Source: Macrostomum lignano
Lineage: Eukaryota
DNA length: 64,000 nt
Direction: 5' to 3'
NCBI GenBank assembly: GCA_002269645.1
Contig: NIVC01000020.1
Location: forward strand, 1,178,001 to 1,242,000
Both the position numbers and the translations under genes were made by a program. The first letter of the stretch is position 1; each line of letters opens with the position of its first letter. Positions 1-12,293 of this stretch are shown piece after piece. The notes below the pieces were generated by a model that was not told where the DNA came from, searched no databases, and saw nothing but the letters and a program-made list of their open reading frames with translations.

Positions 1-285
1 TTAACCTAATTTTCTCTAACCAATTTGTCCATATTGGTTTGCTTTCGGTTTTTCTGTACTGTACTCAGTTTTTCGGTGACTTTCACCTTTTTTCGCCCTG
101 GCCAGCGCCGGCAAACAAACTGGGACAGCCACGGGGGAGAACAAAATCAAGTCGCAGATCGAAACGAAAAGTTAAATGGATTTTTGATATATTTTCAACA
201 AATGAATAAAGCTACAAGTGCGCACATTCAGGCGCAGTCCTTAGGAAGCTCTGTCGTCACATGCATAGCCAAAAGGCATTCATCA

Positions 286-951
286 TCAAGGCAGCGCTCG
301 CTTGACCTCGCCGTTCGAGCCGCCATAGCCGTAGCCCGGAGGCTGCTGGAAGCTCGAGTTCGGGACCGGCTGGTGCTCGTAGCCATTGTGCAAGAACACC
401 TGCTGCTCACGAGGCACGATGCCGCCGTCTACCACATATGCAACCGCCTGCCGCTGCTGCTCCCGGTTCGGCTGCCTGTCCGGCACGCAGCAGCACGAGG
501 CCTTGCAGGCGAAGGCGCTGTGCACTACGGCGAGCAGGAACTCGGCGGCAAGCAGAAGGCAGCAGATGACACTCATCACGAAGTTCTCGGTGCTGCTGTA
601 CGAGCTGTGGACGCTGGAGCTCAGGGACAGAACGAAGGCGACCATGATGAGGGCAATGGCGCTGAACACGGAGGCCAGGATGCTGAACACCAGGCAGGTG
701 ACCACGCAGCCCAGCGTGCAGCGCCGCTCGCTCTTGCCCGCCACCAGGCCGGAGATGCCCGCTCCGATGAAGAACGGTGCCGACCAGATGCCGCTGGCGG
801 CGAAGACGGAGGTCATGTTCACTCCGGTGACTACAGCGGCGACGCTGAAGACGATGGTGAGCACCCCGACGCTGAGCTGCAGGGAGCCGAGGATCACGTG
901 TGCTGTGAGAACCCCGGCGGGGACCCGGCTGGCATAGGTTGGATTCTCCAT
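286..951 (-). CDS. MS4A/CD20-like tetraspan membrane protein, single coding exon (221 aa from MENPTY)
   Basis: Four hydrophobic segments (SLQLSVGVLTIVFS, GIWSAPFFIGAGISG, CLVFSILASVFSAIALI, VICCLLLAAEFLLAVVH) with the CD20-family GIW..F..G motif, a Cys cluster after TM4 and a Q/P/Y/G-rich tail. GC-rich codons. ATG at 951 preferred over the GTG ORF start at 1059. Confidence 0.75.
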   Translation of the reverse strand: MENPTYASRVPAGVLTAHVILGSLQLSVGVLTIVFSVAAVVTGVNMTSVFAASGIWSAPFFIGAGISGLVAGKSERRCTLGCVVTCLVFSILASVFSAIALIMVAFVLSLSSSVHSSYSSTENFVMSVICCLLLAAEFLLAVVHSAFACKASCCCVPDRQPNREQQRQAVAYVVDGGIVPREQQVFLHNGYEHQPVPNSSFQQPPGYGYGGSNGEVKRALP

Positions 952-1465
952 TGGTGTCACCGCACTGAGACACTGCAGAGAAGTTGATGCCGTGCGGGCC
1001 AGTTTATATCTGGTGGGTCGGTTGAGTAAATTTGGGGTGGGGCCGCTTCGCAAGTGCACAGGCCGCCCTGGCCTCTGCGGTCCGCACGTGGCAATTTAAG
1101 CAGAGCTGCGCGCAAGGCTTGCGTCACCCATCAAGGCAGCCACTGTAGAGTCGGTTTGCTCAAGAACTGCTCAAGTAAATGCTTACAAGATATATTATTT
1201 CATTCAATAATAGTGCAGTGATAGTGATAGGGCATCAGCTTTGGGGGTGAAGGGGCTTATAGTTGGAAATCAGAGTGACTATCTTACCAAGAAGAGACTC
1301 ATTTATTCAATAAATACTGCCCATTGTCTAGTCACTGTTGTCCATATAAGGAGACAATAGTAGGAATATCATTAATAAAAACAATAAGAAAATAGTGAAT
1401 TGCCAAACAATACAAATAATACTAACCATATTTTTTACATGTATAGGAGGGTTATGCACTCAATC

Positions 1466-1897
1466 GGGTATCGGGTATCGAGTACCGGGTACCGGGTATT
1501 GGGTACCGGGTATTGGATAACGGGTATTGGGTAACGGGTATCATGAAACGGGTATCATGTAGCGGGTATCATTGTAACGGTATCAGGTAACGGGTATCAG
1601 GTAACGGGTATCAGGTAATGGGTATCAGGTAACGGTATCAGGTAACCGGTATCAGGTAACGGTATCTGGTAACGGTATCTGGTAACGGGTATCAGGTAAC
1701 GGTATCAGGTAACGGTATCTGGTAACGGGTATCAGGTAACGGTATCAGGTAACGGTATCTGGTAACGGGTATCAGGTAACGGGTATCAGGTAATGGGTAT
1801 CAGGTAACGGTATCAGGTAACCGGTATCAGGTAACGGTATCAGGTAACGGTATCTGGTAACGGGTATCAGGTAACGGGTATCAGGTAACGGGTACTG
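1466..1897. repeat. Tandem minisatellite, 13/14-bp unit (C)GGGTATCAGGTAA
   Basis: About 25 near-identical units visible directly, preceded by degenerate 7-bp CGGGTAT units. Confidence 0.95.
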
Positions 1898-2222
1898 GGT
1901 GAATGTACCCGCACAGCCCCCCCCCCCAAACCCATTTTTTGCACCCTCCTAGCACCTGCCTGTGTATATGTGCACTATAATCTTTAGTCAAATTTTTTAA
2001 AGCTAGAAATGACACTGCACAATGGCGCGAAGTTAACACAAAAAAGCAGTCATTAATGTGCAATTTGCACCAGTTATTCGTAATTAACTAGCAGGTAATT
2101 AACAAAATAGAGAGCATAAAAAATACGAATCACGCGAACTGGTGTACAAAGGTAACAAAATATGTAAAGCAAGCAATTTTGGCCCAATTACATAGGTGGC
2201 GTGAATGAGCCTCACTTTATAC

Positions 2223-2526
2223 TAGGGGTTGGCAAACTTTTTTACCTCAAGGGCCAGATAAAGAACGTGACTGCGGGCCAGAGCTAGCGGAATTGGCGAT
2301 CCTCGCCTCCCCGCTGTGTCTGCCGATCGCCCTGCTGCGGGCCAGAGGAGGGGAGAAAGGAGAGGGAATAGAGAACAGAGAAAAAGAGGAGAGAACGGAG
2401 AGGAGATTAGAGAGAAGATCCAGATGAGAAGAGACCTGAACCTTGAGTGGGCCGGATTGCTTTTGTGAAGATTCAAAGGACCCGAGAGCCGCGTGTGGCC
2501 CACGGGCCGGAGTTTGTCGACCCCTG
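2223..2526. mobile_element. hAT/Charlie-like MITE
   Basis: TIRs TAGGGGTTGGCAAAC ... GTTTGTCGACCCCTG; subterminal GGGCCAGAT / TGGCCCACGGGCC motifs typical of Charlie MITEs; degenerate 8-bp TSD ctttatac/cttcataa. Confidence 0.75.
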
Positions 2527-2786
2527 CTTCATAAGAATGTACTTAAATATACTTTATAACCATGACATCCGTAACAACGACAGTAACAAAGGTTTTGAAA
2601 ATTTTCTACATTGAAATAATCTTCGGCTAGCAAACAGCCCAGACTGAAGCTCTGGACAGAATAGTGAAAATTTAGCTTTCTGCGAACGTATCATCCATGC
2701 AGTCGCTCAAAGCTGCCATCAGTTTATAATTCAGCCTTCAAAACATGTACAACTTTTGCTAGTACGCGGGGCAGGATTAGATGCAA

Positions 2787-3050
2787 GCAGGTGGGGTAGG
2801 GTGAGATGCGGGCAGGTGGGGTAGGGTGAGATGCGGGCAGGTGGGGTAGGGTGAGATGCGGGCAGGTGGGGTAGGGTGAGATGCGGGCAGGTGGGGTAGG
2901 GTGAGATGCGGGCAGGTGGGGTAGGGTGAGATGCGGGCAGGTGGGGTAGGGTGAGATGCGGGCAGGTGGGGTAGGGTGAGATGCGGGCAGATGGGGTAGG
3001 GTGAGATGCGGGCAGGTGGGGTAGTGTGAGATGCGGGCAGGTGGGGTAGG
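2787..3050. repeat. G-rich 25-bp tandem array (GCAGGTGGGGTAGGGTGAGATGCGG, ~10.5 copies)
   Basis: Direct repeats visible; they generate the spurious ORF 2731..3072. Confidence 0.95.
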
Positions 3051-4069
3051 AGTGCTTTAAGAGGGAAGACAAGATTCGGAGAGAGGTGTGGTTAGATAGG
3101 TGAGAGCGGGAGAGGTAGAGAAACGAGGCGGGTAGTCTTACTTAAAGTAGCATCATTTAATTAATGGGCTATTTTTGTACAACTAATACATTCGCCATTG
3201 ACAGCATTAGGTAGCAGCAGCTTCCCGAAAGCCGTAAAATTAACTGAGTCAATATGAATCAGCGTAGGCCATGCCGGCCCTTTGTTAGAAAGGCCTTGGT
3301 AAAAAGAAATAGGACAATTAAATTTGTTGTTTTTAAATCAGGTGCCAAATGGGATACAAAGTTTCGAGCTCGTAATGACAAAACCCGGAACAACTGCGTA
3401 AAATGAAATGTCCAATGCACTTTTCCCGCAGCTTTGGAAGTGTCTGTCTTGAAACAGTCTCGGAGTGCAAGGGCTGTCGGTGGGTTTCAGGTTCAAAATC
3501 AGTTTTAAAATGGGTCTGAACCAACTGCGCATTGATTTGAGCAATCTTGAGCATTGTGAACCGGACTTCCGGACCGCCGTCATCAAATAAAGACAATTTT
3601 GAGTGTCGAACGCTATCGAATGTCGTGCGTGATTGGGTGATTAATTTAATACATTGGACATTTTCGCGGCTGTGCAATGGACTGTATAAGCACTTCAGTT
3701 CCAGGTTTCACACGCCCATCAGTCCCGCAGTGCTGTATTTGCCAACAGTGTCCCCTGGCTGTGTCCGAATCACTGACAAGGCCGATGCCAGATGACGACG
3801 GAGCGGCTGGGCCGACTGTCCGCCTCAACTGCTTGATTGATTGGCCACCCGGGTGTTTTTCAAGCCACTCTGCGCGCGACATTCGCAAGCAGATTTACTG
3901 AAGGAAAATAAAGCAGCGCTTCCAGGCCGCCCCCCCGTAATCGCGCCCACTTCAGCCTCTCACTGGCCAAACTTTCTCCAGCCACCAGCGGGCACAGGTG
4001 AATCTCACTATTCTATCCAAGTCTTTCTTTCGCCCTCAATATCCCAGGCAGACTCGCGCACACGCATAG

Positions 4070-4157
4070 TCATTGCACCCGCATAACCATTGCACACGCA
4101 TAGCCATTGCACCCGCATAACCATTGCACACGCATAGCCATTGCACCCGCATAACCA
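4070..4157. repeat. Short tandem repeat, ~34-bp unit (CACGCATAGCCATTGCACCCGCATAACCATTGCA), ~2.5 copies
   Basis: Direct repeats visible upstream of the CLK gene. Confidence 0.85.
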
Positions 4158-5115
4158 TGCCGCTTCTGTCCCTACCAAGCATTCTTCTTTGTTTAACAGA
4201 CTTGGGTCTGCGGGCTGCAATCGAACAGCGCTGCAACTTCAGAATGCGTCAGGATGTGCGCTCAGTGTCCGCGGCGTCCCTGCCAGTGGCCCCCTCACTT
4301 CGAAGCCTTGGTGATGCACACACGGCACCCAGCTTCCCTCCATGCGCAACGAATCGGCGAATGCAACACCCCGAGTGCGCTGTTGGCCCATCCGTAGCTC
4401 TCCTGTGCAGGTAAATTCTTGACGCACCCGGTCTTTGCTTGCTGTTTTACAGATGGTGGGCAAAAATGACCTGGCTAGGCCGAGGAACAGCGCTGCGCAA
4501 CGGTCCCGGAAGGTACGCGGCCAGACTGAGGGGGAAAGAGAGCGCACGCTGCAGCAATAGAGGTGCGCCGCCATTTCGACCCGTTGGGGTTTCAAGTTTC
4601 TTATGCGAGCCCGGGAAAGGCAGGCCAGTGTACGATCGGCGGGTGTTTCATCTTCGCCCTTCAACCATCCTCTCTCCGATTTGAGGCGAGCGCCAATGGC
4701 ATCCAGCCGGTTCCATTAGATAGGCAGAAAACTGGCCTGGTCTCTCTGCATCTCAGTGTATCTTGGCAGGCGTACTGGCAGCGCAATAAATGCTCGCCCC
4801 TGAAGCCGCCTGCAGCAGATGAGGCTGCAGCAGCCAACCGGAGCAGCTTCCTCAGCAGCTGCAGCTTCTCCGCGGCGTCGCCTTCTCGGCTGCCTTCCCG
4901 AATCGCTCTGTGACCTGCTGGTTTGTTGCCGGCGAAGGCAACGTCTGGGAAGTTTGGAGACCTCTTCTTCTAGCAGCGAGGTCACGTTTCTCACCGCAAC
5001 CACCAGCTCGCCTCCCTTTAGCGCAACCGCCGAAAATCAGCTCGACTGGCGTCTCAGTTCGTGGAGCTCACCATGGCTGCCTAGGCTACCGGCGTCCTCC
5101 GAGACTTTCATACCC

Positions 5116-6936
5116 ATGACGCAGAGCGGCTCCAGCATGCTCTCGCACTCGTCTTTGAGCCGCAGCAAAAAGAAATGCCGGCGGTCCCGCTGCTACAATG
5201 GATCCAAAACTGAGGCGTCCATACCGCTGACGTTTAAAGACCCCGAGCTGCCCGATCCACAGATAGTTGAGCCTCCGGAAGCCGCTGCACAGATGGGCAA
5301 CATGCCAACTCTCGCTGTAAGCAGTCACTGTCGGAAAGGCCAACTGGACCAACTGAGGGGAGATTTGGAAAGGCTGGGTCAGCAGATCGCATCTCTGGCT
5401 GTGAGAAATAGCAAAAGCACAGCGGAAAGTCCCGAGCAGAGGTCAAACAGCGCTCAGCAGCCAGTGACGGTGACAAATTCCGGCGCAGAGGAACTGCTTG
5501 ACCCTGAAATCCCCGGAGCAATCGGGCTTGCCAGTGATCGAGGAAATGTAGAGGCCGTATCTGCAGCCGCTGGACAGACAGAGGAAGCCGTCGACTTTGG
5601 GTTCAGTACGGCCTCAACGGCACTACAATCAGGAGCTCAACAGGTGGACCTTCTACCGGATGCCACAGACAAAACGGTAAAGAACGGTGAGAAGCAAGGA
5701 CCAAAGACTGTCGCAGCAGCCAGTTCGGAAATCATGCAAAGTCTGCCCAAAAGTCGCGACCGGCAGAGAGCAATCGAGCCGCGCGAGGAGCCTCAAAGGC
5801 GCAGAGTCCAGAGGAAGAACAGCAAATCTCCGTACAGGGACGACTCAGATGGGCACCTGATCTACGCATTTGGAGATGTGCTGCAGGAGCGATATGAAAT
5901 AACAAAGACTCTGGGCGAGGGTACGTTTGGCAAAGTTACCGAATGCATTGACCTTCAAAGCGACAGCCGGAGGCGCGTGGCCATCAAAGTTATTAAAAAT
6001 GTTGAGAAGTACAGAGAGGCAGCTAAGCTGGAGATCAATGTGCTGAAGAAGCTGGATGAGAAAGACCCAGAGGGCTGGTACCTGTGCATCAAGTTGCTGC
6101 ATTGGTTTGAGTACTATGGCCATATGTGCCTCGTGTTCGGTTTGCTGGGCAAGTCTGTGTACGACTTCTTGAAGGACAACGACTACGCACCCTATCCCAT
6201 GGACCATGTGCGGCACATTGTGTACCAACTGGTTCACTCCGTCAGGTTTCTGCACGACAACCAGCTGACGCACACGGACCTGAAGCCAGAAAATATCTTA
6301 TTCCTGAACTCCGACTACACAACATGCTACAACCCAAAGCGTCGAAAGCACGAGAAGATAGTCAACTGCACGGATGTCATGCTAATCGATTTTGGCTCGG
6401 CCACTTTTGATCAAGAGCACCACTCGACCGTGGTCTCGACTCGCCACTACCGAGCGCCGGAGGTGATTCTAGAACTCGGTTGGTCGCACGCCTGCGACGT
6501 TTGGTCGATCGGCTGCATAGCGTTCGAGCTGTACACGGGCTTCACTCTGTACCAGACGCACGAGAACCGCGAGCACCTGGCCATGATGGAGCGCATTCTC
6601 GGCCACGCGCCCTACCGCATGACCCGCCGGTCGCAGACCAGCTACTTCTGGCACGGCCGGCTTGACTGGGACTACCATAGCAACGAGGGCCGCTACGTGA
6701 GGGAGAACTGCCGGCCACTGTATCGGTACATGAAAGACGAGTCCCAGGACACCAGGGACCTGTTCGACCTCATGCTTCGCATGCTGGAGTACGAGCCCGA
6801 CGAACGAATCCAACTGGAGGCGGCCCTGGATCACCAGTTCTTCCAGTCGCTGCCGCCAGCCTGCTTGCGCCACGTCGCCAAGCCGCCCGGAGGAGTCAGC
6901 GATCCCGAAGCTTCAGAGGCAGCTCCACAGACCTGA
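5116..6936 (+). CDS. CLK: CDC-like (LAMMER) dual-specificity kinase, CLK/Doa family; coding region intronless; start uncertain (ORF open from 4819)
   Basis: Complete kinase motifs [42 protein letters not shown] and the diagnostic [11 protein letters not shown]; DDSDGHLIY pre-kinase motif. Confidence 0.95.
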   Translation: MTQSGSSMLSHSSLSRSKKKCRRSRCYNGSKTEASIPLTFKDPELPDPQIVEPPEAAAQMGNMPTLAVSSHCRKGQLDQLRGDLERLGQQIASLAVRNSKSTAESPEQRSNSAQQPVTVTNSGAEELLDPEIPGAIGLASDRGNVEAVSAAAGQTEEAVDFGFSTASTALQSGAQQVDLLPDATDKTVKNGEKQGPKTVAAASSEIMQSLPKSRDRQRAIEPREEPQRRRVQRKNSKSPYRDDSDGHLIYAFGDVLQERYEITKTLGEGTFGKVTECIDLQSDSRRRVAIKVIKNVEKYREAAKLEINVLKKLDEKDPEGWYLCIKLLHWFEYYGHMCLVFGLLGKSVYDFLKDNDYAPYPMDHVRHIVYQLVHSVRFLHDNQLTHTDLKPENILFLNSDYTTCYNPKRRKHEKIVNCTDVMLIDFGSATFDQEHHSTVVSTRHYRAPEVILELGWSHACDVWSIGCIAFELYTGFTLYQTHENREHLAMMERILGHAPYRMTRRSQTSYFWHGRLDWDYHSNEGRYVRENCRPLYRYMKDESQDTRDLFDLMLRMLEYEPDERIQLEAALDHQFFQSLPPACLRHVAKPPGGVSDPEASEAAPQT

Positions 6937-8893
6937 TTGGCCTCTCTTTTATTTTCTGGACGGCCTGTGCACTAAGGAAGTTGTCACAGTTGAGTGTCGG
7001 CTCTAACAGCTTCCAAGCAAAGCCGCTTCATTCAAGCCACTACACAGCTGCCTCTCGCATGCATCTTACCGAAATAACGTGTTTACGGTCTGTACTGAAG
7101 CTTCTGTATTATAGATCTGATAGATGCCTGCCGCCTCATCTACCAGTGATTTTGCCATATTCTGTATAGTTGAACATGCAGGCGCATCCTTCAGCAAACG
7201 TCTAAAAGGAAGGCTATGGAGCCATAAACAGTCCCAGATTTGCCTTGTATGCATATAGGTGGCTTATTTTTGTACGCACGAGAGAGCCTTCGGTAGACGA
7301 AACTCTCATTTTTATCAGACTGTTGCAGTGTCGCTTTGAACTATTTAAACATGCGCACCAGATTGGATCAAATAAATGCATGAAGCCCCAGTAGATTTTC
7401 TGCTTTTGTAGTTGTGTTCTAAATCGCATACAGCAAAGCTGCAACACTCGCAAGACTCTCGCGAATCTCTTTACTCAGTTTAGCAGGGGCACCTAAGAGC
7501 GTGTAAATATAGGGCGGAACATCTTGTATTGTGTGTATGGAGATTAAATTAAACAAAATTCGGAAAAAATTCATTTCTAATGAAAATGGCAACAATACTA
7601 CTGACACAGTTGAGTTCAGTAGTCTCACCCATCACGTTCCAAGGAATTTTACAATTCCTTCTATGGCCACACAAGCCGTTCGTGAATGGCCATCCCGAAT
7701 ATATGACAAACTAGCGCATGTAGCCATGGAAACTGAGAAGGAAAAACAAGACTTACAGAATTCTTAATCACGAAGACCATCTTTCACAGCACTGTACCGA
7801 TCTTGTTAGAACAGGGCGGATGAACTGAAGGGCAACCAGTGAGTCCCGGACCCTGGCGTGCCTGTCGGCCATCAGATTCGTAAATGTCAAATAGTTTCAG
7901 CGCAGTTGCTATGCAGTGGTAAAATATTCCACCGCAATTTCCGCCAGCTTTTCTTTCCTAAAGCAGAAATTAGCGGCAGTGGACACCGGCGCAGCACGCT
8001 GAGTTTGGGCAATCTGCATCCTCAAAATTGAAAAAGACATTACAAAAGCTGCAATTCTGCGCAGAACAATTCTTCCGCTCTCCAACAGATCTGCAGCCCA
8101 GTCTAGCTGAAGCTGAGGCTGAATCTGAAGACAGGCAGTCTTGATGCAGCACTCAGGCTTCTCTTCATCTGCGCCTGCAGCTGCGCACTTTCGTGGTGTT
8201 CCGGCAGAAAGCTGACAGAAGTTGTCTGGTGCTTATCCTGCCAGACTGTTCAGCTTGCAGTTCCCAGCGAATACGCAAGACTAAGAAAGAATTTTAAGTG
8301 GCAAGCAACAGCGTGGAGTGTAATCTTAATGCCAAACGGTAAAAACCACTGGCTGCACACAAAGAGAATTAAATGACACGGGAACTGCACAGGGCGGGAA
8401 GCTGCAGCGCTAAGATTGAATGACACCAATAAAAGTATGCGCATTGCTGCTGGTCATTGCGAGCCAGACCAAGTCTGCGCTCACTTGCCTGGGTACAGGG
8501 GTTCTAAATTTAATCCTATTATAATTAAGATATTCCGTATCGTTCAGCCAGCCATAGGAAGGAGAAATTTATGGCCTACAGTGCTTTTAATGACCCCCCT
8601 CGGTGGGCCACTTTTACTCGGATTTCTGTCTCCCCCAGGGTGGACAAGTGGCGCCACTCATTCGCACCCGGCCTGGCTCAGCTGCATGGCGCCCAGAGAC
8701 AGGCGAGCGTCAGGATCGGCGGCTCTCAGACCCCGCAGCCGCACACAGTAGAGGCTTTAAAAAACTTTTAGTGAGGTCGCTCAGCCTTTTAAATGCAAGC
8801 CATCGAACAATTAGGCTCTGCTTAACAAGTGTCCGAACCCCAGCCTTGTCTGCTTGCTCAGCTCTCACTTAGCCTGCATCATTCTGTCACTGC

Positions 8894-10188
8894 ATGTCAG
8901 ACCAGGACCTGACCCCGGAGCAGGTCGAGGAGCTGGAAGAGGCCTTCTCGCTGTTTGATGAAGACGGCAGTGGCGACATCACGATCAAAGAGCTGGAGCA
9001 CGCGCTGCGGGCGTTCGGCTTCAAACCGTCTGACGATGAACTCAAGGTGAGCCATTGAGGTGCTCAATAATATTAACGGAGAGAGAAGACACCACACAGA
9101 GTTGAAAGTCAGAATTTAGAAAGATTCATTCACACCTGCTTTATAAATAAAAGCACGGCTTTGCAGAAAATGATCCAGGAGATCGACAAGGACGGCAACG
9201 GCACGGTCAACTTTGACGAGTTCAAGCAGGTCATGCGGTACCGAGTCACCGATTCCGTGCTGGAAAGCGAAGTCCAAGAAGCGTTTAGACTATTCGACTT
9301 GGACGGAGACAGTGAGTTCATGCACATCTACATGTACGAGACATCTGCCAAAATTCTTTTATAATTAAACCAGAGGCGTCGCCAAGGATTTTATAGTGGG
9401 GGGACAAAGCCGAGAATTATACTGTCCATGTGCATGACTAAAGTCTTACATGTACAGTATTTCAGAATCGGTGTTGTCATCTGTCATTTTAGCGCCGCAG
9501 TCACTCATTTTGGCGCCGCAGTCACTCATTTAGGCGCCGCAGGCACTATTTTAGCGCGCCGCGGGCACTCATGGTGCCGCAGGCACTCATTTTAGCGCCG
9601 CAGGCACTCATTTAGGCGCCGCAGGCACTATTTCAGCGCGCCGCGGGCACTCATGGCGCCGCAGGCTCTCATTTTAGCGCCGCAGGCACTCATTTTGGTG
9701 CTGCAGGCACTATGTTTTGTTGCCCTAAAGCAAAATTGATTTCCATAATAGGTCAACAAGATGGGGTGGGGGGACAAATCATTGGCATGTCCCCTCATAG
9801 CTTTTACTGGGGGGACATGTCCCCCCGGTGGCGATCCGCCCCTGGATTAACCATTTCCGTTTCAAATGGCTCAGCTTTGTCTCATATGCAGTGCATGCAA
9901 GTCATCCGGCATGCGCGATGACTGCAGTGACACCCGCACTCCGCAGACTTTATCAACGCTAGCGATCTGAAGCAGGCCATGCTCAACATGGGCGAGCGGC
10001 TCACGGATGTCGAGACTGAGATGATGCTGCGCCTGGCCGACAGGGACGGCGACGGGCGAATCGATCTGGCCGAGTTCCGCATGGTCATGCAGGACGGCGA
10101 CAAGTGGCTGAAGCTGCGGGCTGAAGCTGTTGAAAACCTTCTGCTCCCTGGCGATGCCGAACAGTCGGACGACAGTGACAAAGGTTGA
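8894..10188 (+). CDS. Centrin/calmodulin-like four-EF-hand protein (179 aa); exons 8894-9046, 9167-9311, 9947-10188
   Basis: GT-AG junctions join in phase (540 nt). EF loops [48 protein letters not shown]. Confidence 0.9.
9371..9844. mobile_element. hAT-like MITE in intron 2 of the EF-hand gene, with an internal ~21-bp tandem array (GCGCCGCAGGCACTCATTTTA)
   Basis: Imperfect TIRs CAGAGGCGTCGCCA ... TGGCGATCCGCCCCTG; degenerate 8-bp TSD aattaaac/gattaacc; internal repeats at ~9493-9710. Confidence 0.6.
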
Positions 10189-10344
10189 CCTGCCACGGCG
10201 TGTACATGTACATGTACTGCGACATGTATCTTGTCCAGCAATTTTACACACATTTTGAACATTTCTAACAAAACTGCATTGCCTTCACAACAATAAATAC
10301 GCATTGAAAACAGCCACAGGGTACATCAAATGGCACGCTTTATC

Positions 10345-10600
10345 TGTGCTTATGGGGGAATTGTTGAGATGCCAAGGCTTACGGGTGGGGAAATTGCTGA
10401 GATATAAAGGCTTACGTGGGGAATTACTGAGATATCAAAGCTTACGGATAGGGAGAATTGCTGAGATATCAAGGCTCACGGGTGGGGGGGAATTGCTGAG
10501 ATGCCAAGGCTTACGGATGGGGGAATTGCTGAGATATCAAAGCTTACGGGTGGGCTTGCTGAAATGTTAGGGCTGGCGGGCGAGCTGCTGAGATGTCAAG
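10345..10600. repeat. Degenerate ~31-33-bp tandem array (GGGAATTGCTGAGATATCAAGGCTTACGG)
   Basis: About 8 diverged copies visible. Confidence 0.85.
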
Positions 10601-10626
10601 GCTAAGGTCAGAAGCTATACATGTAG

Positions 10627-11578
10627 CAAGGACAACTTGATAACTCTGGACCCGAAACGAGCCAATTCATGGCGAAAAAAGTATGAGGCTCGTTTAAAAG
10701 CATTGTTCTATGGCCCATCCGCATGCTTTCAGTTGCCAATTTATACTCGTATCATATTTGACTTTTTGATAGGCAGTCAGGCGGCGGGTGCAGGGTCGGT
10801 TTTCTTAAATGTTGAATAGTTTTATTACATAAAGTAAACGTCGTGAAAATACACAATGGGAAAGCTGTACATGCAGCACATGTATAAGGAAACTCGAGAA
10901 AAATTTACGATTCCTTCTTCATCTGAACTACAAACAGAGAGGAAAATAACTGTCACACAGAACGGGACAAGAGCTGACCATGATAAATAGTGAAGTGTTT
11001 GATCCAGGTTCGCTCACTGTCCACTCAGCTTCATTTTTCTATCGTGCACTTTATCCGGCGAAGGAGCGCTCTTTGCTCCTCGTTGAACATAACCCTTGAA
11101 GATGGTGGATGCAGCGGCCTTTCATTTCTTCCCTTTTTTATCATTGGTGCATCTTGAGGCCAGTGCTTAGCACAGTCGCCCATGTAGTCTGTCACGGTCT
11201 AAACAACAGCAAAATTGTTAATGCATTCATGTGGCCAGGCTGAATCTGATTCACAAAGCACATTTGAAGAAAGTCTTACCGTCAGTTGATTAGGCAGTGA
11301 CAGTCGCCAAGCCTCTCGTTCAGTTGCATCTTTAGGAAACAAAAATACTGCAACATTCCGATCACGGTTACTATTGTAGTTTGCACAACAGAAATGACGC
11401 TGAATTTTCTCGGCATGATATTTAGTTTCAGCAAGAATAAAAGTTCTCTCTCTCAATTGCAAGTGCATGCGAAGAACTCAGCTTTGGATGGGCCATAGAA
11501 CAATGCTTTTAAACGAGCCTCATACTTTTTCGCCCTGAATTGGCTCGTTTCGGGTCCTGAGTCATCAAGTTGTCCTTG
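10627..11578 (-). mobile_element. Non-autonomous P-element-like DNA transposon with a decayed THAP domain
   Basis: ~94-bp TIRs starting CAAGGACAACTTGAT; perfect 8-bp TSD ACATGTAG (10619-10626, 11579-11586); internal minus ORF 11199..11468 with THAP-like CCANYN...VFLFPKD..EREAW..L....VLCESD. Confidence 0.85.
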
Positions 11579-12293
11579 ACATGTAGTTTAAAAAATCATT
11601 CCATTCTGTGATGTCTATGGTATTGAATATTTTAGTTTGACTTTTGCTTTTCACTAACTCTGTTACTTTCTAAAACAAGGCAACACATCTTGTTGTGGCT
11701 ACGAGCCGGATTCAAATATACGATTGTATATGTACTTTTATATAACAAGCCTGACCAATCTTTTCCGACTCACTACGACACAACACATTCTTTGTTCGCT
11801 CCCGCGTTGGTGGGGGGCGCTGACTGCTAGTCCTAACCTAAAACCTAGTCCTAACATGCATGGCGACCTGGCGAATTGACTTTGGCTCGAGATTGTTAGT
11901 TTATGGGACGAATCCGCGCACTCGTGTTATGGGTGTTGGTTTCACGAGACGGCCGTGTCAGAGAGAGAAAGGAAAAGAAAAAAACGGATATTCTTTGCCG
12001 CAATGAATTGGTAACTGAGAACGTGAGTTAAAGTGACAAATTAGTAAATTATAATTATAATAAATTAATAACAAGCAGTGGCATCGAGTTACAGTTACCG
12101 CATGCAGAATTATTGAACAGCAACAAAAATGTTTACCCGAAAATTGTTCAAATAAAACATCACCCAGAATTAGTGGACACTCGGGGCTGATTTTACATTG
12201 ACCAACGCCTGACAAATGCAAAACACGCTAAATGAGCCTATGTACATTAAATTCGGTCTCAGGGACAGCCGAAGGAATCAATGAGCTGCCTGC

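Noticed and set aside
25-987. 320-aa plus-strand ORF
   Set aside because: Antisense shadow of the GC-rich MS4A-like CDS; no recognisable domain.
3333-3677. 114-aa minus-strand ORF that looks somewhat protein-like
   Set aside because: Non-ATG start, no recognisable motif and no convincing splice context.
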